DNA of 64,000 nucleotides from Peptococcia bacterium (GTDB lineage Bacteria; Bacillota; Peptococcia; DRI-13; DTU073): NCBI GenBank assembly GCA_050951585.1, contig JBMNJI010000001.1, positions 40 to 64,039 of the forward strand, read 5' to 3'. Shown piece by piece: positions 59,871 to 64,000 of this stretch (position 1 is its first letter; each line of letters starts with the position of its first letter). The notes under the pieces were generated by a model. It saw only the letters and a program-made list of their open reading frames with translations, ran no database searches and was not told where the DNA came from. The position numbers and the translations under genes were made by a program.

Positions 59871-60203
59871 ATGAATGTAGGCGAAGTGTGGATAGTTGAT
59901 TTCCCATATGAAGATGATCCCACAAAATCGAAAATCAGGCCCTGTATTATAATTGATATTGAAGATGAGTTGCTTGTTTTGTCAATAAAGGTAACAACAC
60001 ATGAATCACGAGACGAATACGATGTTCCAATTTTTAAATGGCGAGAAGCTAATTTGTTAAACCCGTCGTATGCGAGAGTATCTAAGGTATTATTATTTAA
60101 CAAAGAAAGTTTTATTAAAAAATGTGGTACTTTGAGTGAGATGGATTTTGAGAATATTAAACGCGCATTTGTTAGGTATTACAGTAGTAGCAGAAAATAT
60201 TAA
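59871..60203 (+). CDS. PemK/MazF-family type II toxin (mRNA interferase-like)
   Basis: 110 aa. MNVGEVWIVDFPYEDDPTKSKIRPCIIID...LSIKVTTH...ARVSKVLLFNK follows the MazF/PemK SH3-like fold pattern (GxVxxVxF....G.E..K.RPxxVI). Confidence 0.7.
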   Translation: MNVGEVWIVDFPYEDDPTKSKIRPCIIIDIEDELLVLSIKVTTHESRDEYDVPIFKWREANLLNPSYARVSKVLLFNKESFIKKCGTLSEMDFENIKRAFVRYYSSSRKY

Positions 60204-60210
60204 AAAAATT

Positions 60211-60232
60211 GCCGGTAGCTTTTGCTACCGGC
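60211..60232. terminator. terminator hairpin between convergent genes
   Basis: gccggtagc tttt gctaccggc. The minus strand has T7 after the stem; the plus-strand tail is weaker. Confidence 0.7.
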
Positions 60233-60257
60233 CTTCATTATTTATTGAAGGATACAG

Positions 60258-60449
60258 TCAGGAATCATGATGTAATCTTGGCTCTTCGCCCATATTTCTG
60301 CTTTGACTTTCCTTGATAAACGAGATTTGTTCATCAATGTCATCGATCCTGATTAGGATGCTCATTTTATTGCCGGCACCGGCATTCCTCCAAGCATCCA
60401 ATAGACGGGTACGTTCTTTGTAGAGATTATTTAGTTTGTCCTCACTCAT
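60258..60449 (-). CDS. small hypothetical protein
   Basis: 63 aa from ATG 60449, which lies 8 nt after gaggtg. Predicted helical (MSEDKLNNLYKERTRLLDAWRN...IDDIDEQISFIKESQ). I recognise no family. Confidence 0.45.
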   Translation of the reverse strand: MSEDKLNNLYKERTRLLDAWRNAGAGNKMSILIRIDDIDEQISFIKESQSRNMGEEPRLHHDS

Positions 60450-60687
60450 TTTGTCACACCTCGCTTGCATATTACGTATTCTGGTACTAAGGATAGTTTA
60501 AGAAGGAACGATAGTATAAACATTGTTTTTAATATTATATAACATATAAACAATAATGTAAAATATATTTGACGAATATTTTTTTGGGATTATTCCCCAC
60601 TTTCAATTGGCAGGATTATCTTTTTTAGTGTAGAATAATTATGGATACTTGTGAAATTTGCCGAAAAGATCGATAAGGGGTATACCG

Positions 60688-61272
60688 ATGAAGAGAAAAT
60701 TTGTCATTCTTCCCGTATTTTGCGGATTCCTTTTCCTCGCCTCCGGCGGTAATCTATTAGCGGAGGAACAATTAATGACCAAGTTGTTTTTTGACAATTA
60801 TCTGCAGAAAAGCATTCAACCGCTTGAGCAAAGTATATCCCAATTAAAGCAACAATATGCGGCCATGGAAAAAGAGCTTGCCCAAATCAAGGCGTCTTTA
60901 CTGACGGAGATCGAGGTCGTGATCGGGCAAAAGACGGCCCGGATCGACGGCCGCACCGCACAACTTGATGTGGCCCCGTTGATTATCAATAACCGCACGA
61001 TGGTGCCGGTCCGTTTTATCGGGGAAGCCTTCGGCGCCAGCTTTGCCTGGGATGAAGCGACGCGCAAGGTTACTTTTCAGGTCAGAGGAAGAGAGATCGT
61101 CCTTTTTATCGACCAGAAGAAGGCTCAGGTGAACGGTAGTACGGTGACGCTGGATACGGCTCCGGTCATTGTGAACGGCAGAACGCTGGTCCCCCTCCGC
61201 TTTGTGGGCGAACACATGGGGGCAACCGTCGATTGGGACGGCGCGACGCAGACGGTGAAGATCGCCGGCTAG
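60688..61272 (+). CDS. secreted copper amine oxidase N-terminal-domain protein
   Basis: Signal peptide MKRKFVILPVFCGFLFLASG, then a coiled-coil segment. Two Cu_amine_oxidN1 half-repeats follow (LDVAPLIINNRTMVPVRFIGEAFGASFAWD and LDTAPVIVNGRTLVPLRFVGEHMGATVDWD). Confidence 0.85.
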   Translation: MKRKFVILPVFCGFLFLASGGNLLAEEQLMTKLFFDNYLQKSIQPLEQSISQLKQQYAAMEKELAQIKASLLTEIEVVIGQKTARIDGRTAQLDVAPLIINNRTMVPVRFIGEAFGASFAWDEATRKVTFQVRGREIVLFIDQKKAQVNGSTVTLDTAPVIVNGRTLVPLRFVGEHMGATVDWDGATQTVKIAG

Positions 61273-61354
61273 GCCGGGAACAGTTGCTGAGACAACTGAC
61301 AGCCAGCAGAGAATCAAACAGTCTAAAGGTTTATTTGGAGAAAGAGGGAGACAG

Positions 61355-62242
61355 ATGGCGAATCAAAAAATACGCGATAATTGGCGCCTGAACCTGCTGA
61401 TTATCGTAGCTTTAATAGCAATACTATATTTTGCTTATGACTACTATTTCCGTTTACCTTTACTGCCCCATGATGAACAGGGGGGCGGACAAACAGTCGG
61501 GCAGAACAATGCTACAGCTCCGGGAGAGGCAGATGAGTTCCGCGATTTCAATATTCTGGTGCTGGGCTTAGACGGGCGGGCAGGTTTGAATGACCGTACC
61601 GATACGATCATCCTAGCTTCCCTGGACGGAGAGAACAAGAAGGCCAGGCTCCTTTCCATCCCGCGGGATACCCGGGTGAAGATCAAAGGGGGCTGGGATA
61701 AGGTCAATGCCGCCTATGTGTACGGCGGTGTAGAGCTGACGAAAAAAACCATTTCCGATTTTCTCGGCATTGAAATCGACAGGTATGTTATAATAAATTT
61801 TGACGGTTTAATCAAAATGGTGAACGAAGTAGGCGGCATCAGAGTCGATGTGCCCGTGCGGATGTATAAGCCCCTTGAGGGGATTGACCTTCAGCCGGGC
61901 TTGCAGGATCTCGACGGCGAACAGGTTTTGGCCTATGCCCGCTACCGGGGCACCTCCGGCGGCGATATTGACCGGGCCCGCCGGCAGCAGCAGGTGTTGA
62001 AGCTTTTAGCCGAAAAGGTCCTTTCCACTTATAACCCGAACCGACTGGTCGGTCTGCTCGAGATCGCCAAAAACGAGATGGAAACAGATTTGTCCATGAA
62101 GGAAATGATTGCCCTCGCTCGTTTGGCCGGACCGGTCATGGGGAATGGGCTCGTTACCGAGGTATTGCCCGGCGCCAATAAATTGATTGATGAGATCTGG
62201 TACTGGGAAGCTGATTTAAGTCAATATACAACGGAGGAATAA
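61355..62242 (+). CDS. LytR-CpsA-Psr (LCP) family cell-wall polymer phosphotransferase
   Basis: TM anchor, then FNILVLGLDGR...RTDTIILASLD...LLSIPRDT...INFDG...YARYRG...DIDRARRQQQV. Confidence 0.92.
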   Translation: MANQKIRDNWRLNLLIIVALIAILYFAYDYYFRLPLLPHDEQGGGQTVGQNNATAPGEADEFRDFNILVLGLDGRAGLNDRTDTIILASLDGENKKARLLSIPRDTRVKIKGGWDKVNAAYVYGGVELTKKTISDFLGIEIDRYVIINFDGLIKMVNEVGGIRVDVPVRMYKPLEGIDLQPGLQDLDGEQVLAYARYRGTSGGDIDRARRQQQVLKLLAEKVLSTYNPNRLVGLLEIAKNEMETDLSMKEMIALARLAGPVMGNGLVTEVLPGANKLIDEIWYWEADLSQYTTEE

Positions 62243-62243
62243 G

Positions 62244-63185
62244 ATGGATTCCCGATTTGATCATGAAATAAAAATTCCGCCTTTGAAACGGAAAAAAACA
62301 CGGCAACTCTCTTCGGCGGGGATTGTGGCGCTGATCGCCTTTTTCCTGCTGTGCTTTTCCTTTGGCTTTTGGCTGGCGGGGATGTTTACCAACCCGATTT
62401 TTCCGGAGGACAAGGAGGAGAACCCGGATACAGTCTATAAGTCCCGGGATATTCTCAATGTTCTGGTGATGGGGGTGGATCAGCGGGAGAATGAACCGGC
62501 CCGTTCCGACACTTTAGTGCTCGCCTGCCTCGATCTTGATAAAAAAAAAGTCAATTTACTCTCCTTGCCCCGTGATACCCGGGTGGATATCCCGGGCAAA
62601 GGGGTAAAACGAAAAATTAATTATGCGCATGCGGTCGGCGGCGCAGAATTAGCCATCAAGACGGTCGAAAACTTCCTCAAGCTTCCCGTACATTATTATG
62701 TGGAGACAAATTTTGATGGCTTCAGCAATGCGATTGATATTTTAGGGGGGATCACCCTCAATGTGGAGGAGGAAATGTATTTTCCCGAAGAAGGCATCGA
62801 TTTGGACCCGGGTTTGCAAAAGCTCGACGGACATGATGCCCTTTCTTATGTCCGGTGGCGGGGCGACGGCCGCGGCGACATCGGCCGCATCGAGCGGCAG
62901 CAGAAGTTTATTCAGGCCCTTTCCGACCAGGCCATGCGTTTATCGACCGTTTGGAAGCTTCCGCAGCTGATCGGGGAGTTGAACAAACAGGTCAAGACAG
63001 ATATGGATCTGCAGAAGATGATTATGCTGGCCAATAAATTCCGGGACTTTCAAGAGCTTGAAGTAAACACCTATATGGTGCCCGGCGTGCCTGATGATGT
63101 AAATTACGGCGGTAGTTACTGGATAGCCGATGAGAAAGAATTGCATAAGATATTAGAAAAGATCTATGACCTGAATCAGGGATAA
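62244..63185 (+). CDS. LCP family protein (second paralog)
   Basis: LNVLVMGVDQREN..ARSDTLVLACLD...LLSLPRDTRV...TNFDGF...YVRWRGDGRGDIGRIERQQKF. Confidence 0.92.
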   Translation: MDSRFDHEIKIPPLKRKKTRQLSSAGIVALIAFFLLCFSFGFWLAGMFTNPIFPEDKEENPDTVYKSRDILNVLVMGVDQRENEPARSDTLVLACLDLDKKKVNLLSLPRDTRVDIPGKGVKRKINYAHAVGGAELAIKTVENFLKLPVHYYVETNFDGFSNAIDILGGITLNVEEEMYFPEEGIDLDPGLQKLDGHDALSYVRWRGDGRGDIGRIERQQKFIQALSDQAMRLSTVWKLPQLIGELNKQVKTDMDLQKMIMLANKFRDFQELEVNTYMVPGVPDDVNYGGSYWIADEKELHKILEKIYDLNQG

Positions 63186-63243
63186 TAAAGAATACGGAAC
63201 AAAACTAATAAAAAACGGGAACAAAAAAAGGAGATTTACGTCT

Positions 63244-63978
63244 GTGAATATTGAAAAGGTCACCATCCTGGGCATACCGGTTGCCCGTCTGACCATGGAA
63301 GAAGTGTTAGTCTGGGCAACGGATACGGTCGAGGAAGGCAAACCCGCTCATGTCGTAACGGCTAATGCCGAAATAATCTATCGGGCGCACCGTGATCCCC
63401 GGTTAGGGGAGATCCTACGCCAGGCGGCACTGGTTACCGCAGACGGGTCCGGGGTAGTCTGGGCCTCCCGTTATCTTGGCGCACCGGCTCCCGAACGGGT
63501 TACCGGGGTGGAGCTGACGGAGCGACTCCTTGCCCTGGCCGAGGAAAAAGGCTGGGGGGTCTATTTCCTGGGTGCGAAGCAGGAAGTGGTGGAGAAGGCA
63601 GTTAAGAATGTTTTAACCCGCCACAAAGGCCTAAAAATCAGCGGTTACCGGGATGGATATTTTACCAAGCAGGAAAATGACCAAGTTATGTCGAATATAG
63701 ACAGGGTTAAACCGCATATACTGTTAGCAGCCCTTGGTTCGCCCAAGCAGGAGTATTTTATTCGGGAACTGCAAGCCCGTTTCCAGATTCCGCTGGCGAT
63801 TGGGGTGGGGGGTACTTTTGATGTACTTGCGGGGACGGTCCAACGGGCACCGGCGTGGTTTCAGCGCCACGGGCTGGAATGGCTGTACCGCCTGCTTAAG
63901 GAACCGAGCCGTTTCGGGCGGATGCTGGCCCTGCCAAGATTTGTTTTGGCAGTAATTACGCAAAAATATTTTCATTAA
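63244..63978 (+). CDS. tagA: WecB/TagA/CpsF-family glycosyltransferase (UDP-ManNAc transferase-like)
   Basis: ILGIPVARLTMEEVL...VVTANAEIIY...LVTADGSGVVWAS...YFLGA...GSPKQEYF...GVGGTFDVLAGTVQRAP.W....LEWLYRL..EP.R. Confidence 0.9.
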   Translation: MNIEKVTILGIPVARLTMEEVLVWATDTVEEGKPAHVVTANAEIIYRAHRDPRLGEILRQAALVTADGSGVVWASRYLGAPAPERVTGVELTERLLALAEEKGWGVYFLGAKQEVVEKAVKNVLTRHKGLKISGYRDGYFTKQENDQVMSNIDRVKPHILLAALGSPKQEYFIRELQARFQIPLAIGVGGTFDVLAGTVQRAPAWFQRHGLEWLYRLLKEPSRFGRMLALPRFVLAVITQKYFH

Positions 63979-64000
63979 TTCTGTGGACAAAACGCCAAAA

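Overview
Chromosomal window from an endospore-forming Firmicute. By inference it is Clostridia, Peptococcaceae/Desulfitobacteriaceae-like, with roughly mid-40s to 50% GC. Most of the window is a housekeeping backbone that follows the Bacillus subtilis gene order closely. The order is sleB-ypeB, argS, rpoE-pyrG, femAB-alr, spo0F-like, fba-tal-glpX, rpmE, DUF1385-prfA-prmC-tsaC(ywlC)-mntP-ywlE-rpiB-ywlG-glyA, a dCMP deaminase and dcd, and wecB. It continues with the complete F1Fo ATP synthase operon (atpZ/I/B/E/F/H/A/G/D/C), murA, spoIID, a spoIIQ-like gene, spoIIID, mbl, two flagellar rod genes, a FlgJ-like gene, two LCP genes and tagA.

Accessory material:
1. The 3' end of an RHS polymorphic toxin with an unrecognised C-terminal toxin domain and a candidate immunity gene. 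An IS1634-family element follows it.
2. An ECF sigma/anti-sigma operon with two membrane proteins.
3. An orphan MNT nucleotidyltransferase between spoIID and spoIIQ.
4. A ~13-kb insertion between spoIIQ and spoIIID, the most interesting region. It consists of recombining copies of a two-gene secreted module plus two unrelated P-loop ATPases. The small gene encodes a copper-amine-oxidase-N-domain protein. The large gene encodes a 959-aa beta-propeller/CARDB-like protein with an unassigned C-terminal domain. One module is intact and one is broken by two compensating frameshifts. Three further copies of the small gene are solitary or truncated, and clear recombination scars are present.
5. A small AT-rich MazF-type toxin-antitoxin islet.

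murA carries a single-base frameshift. I saw no rRNA, tRNA or CRISPR array.
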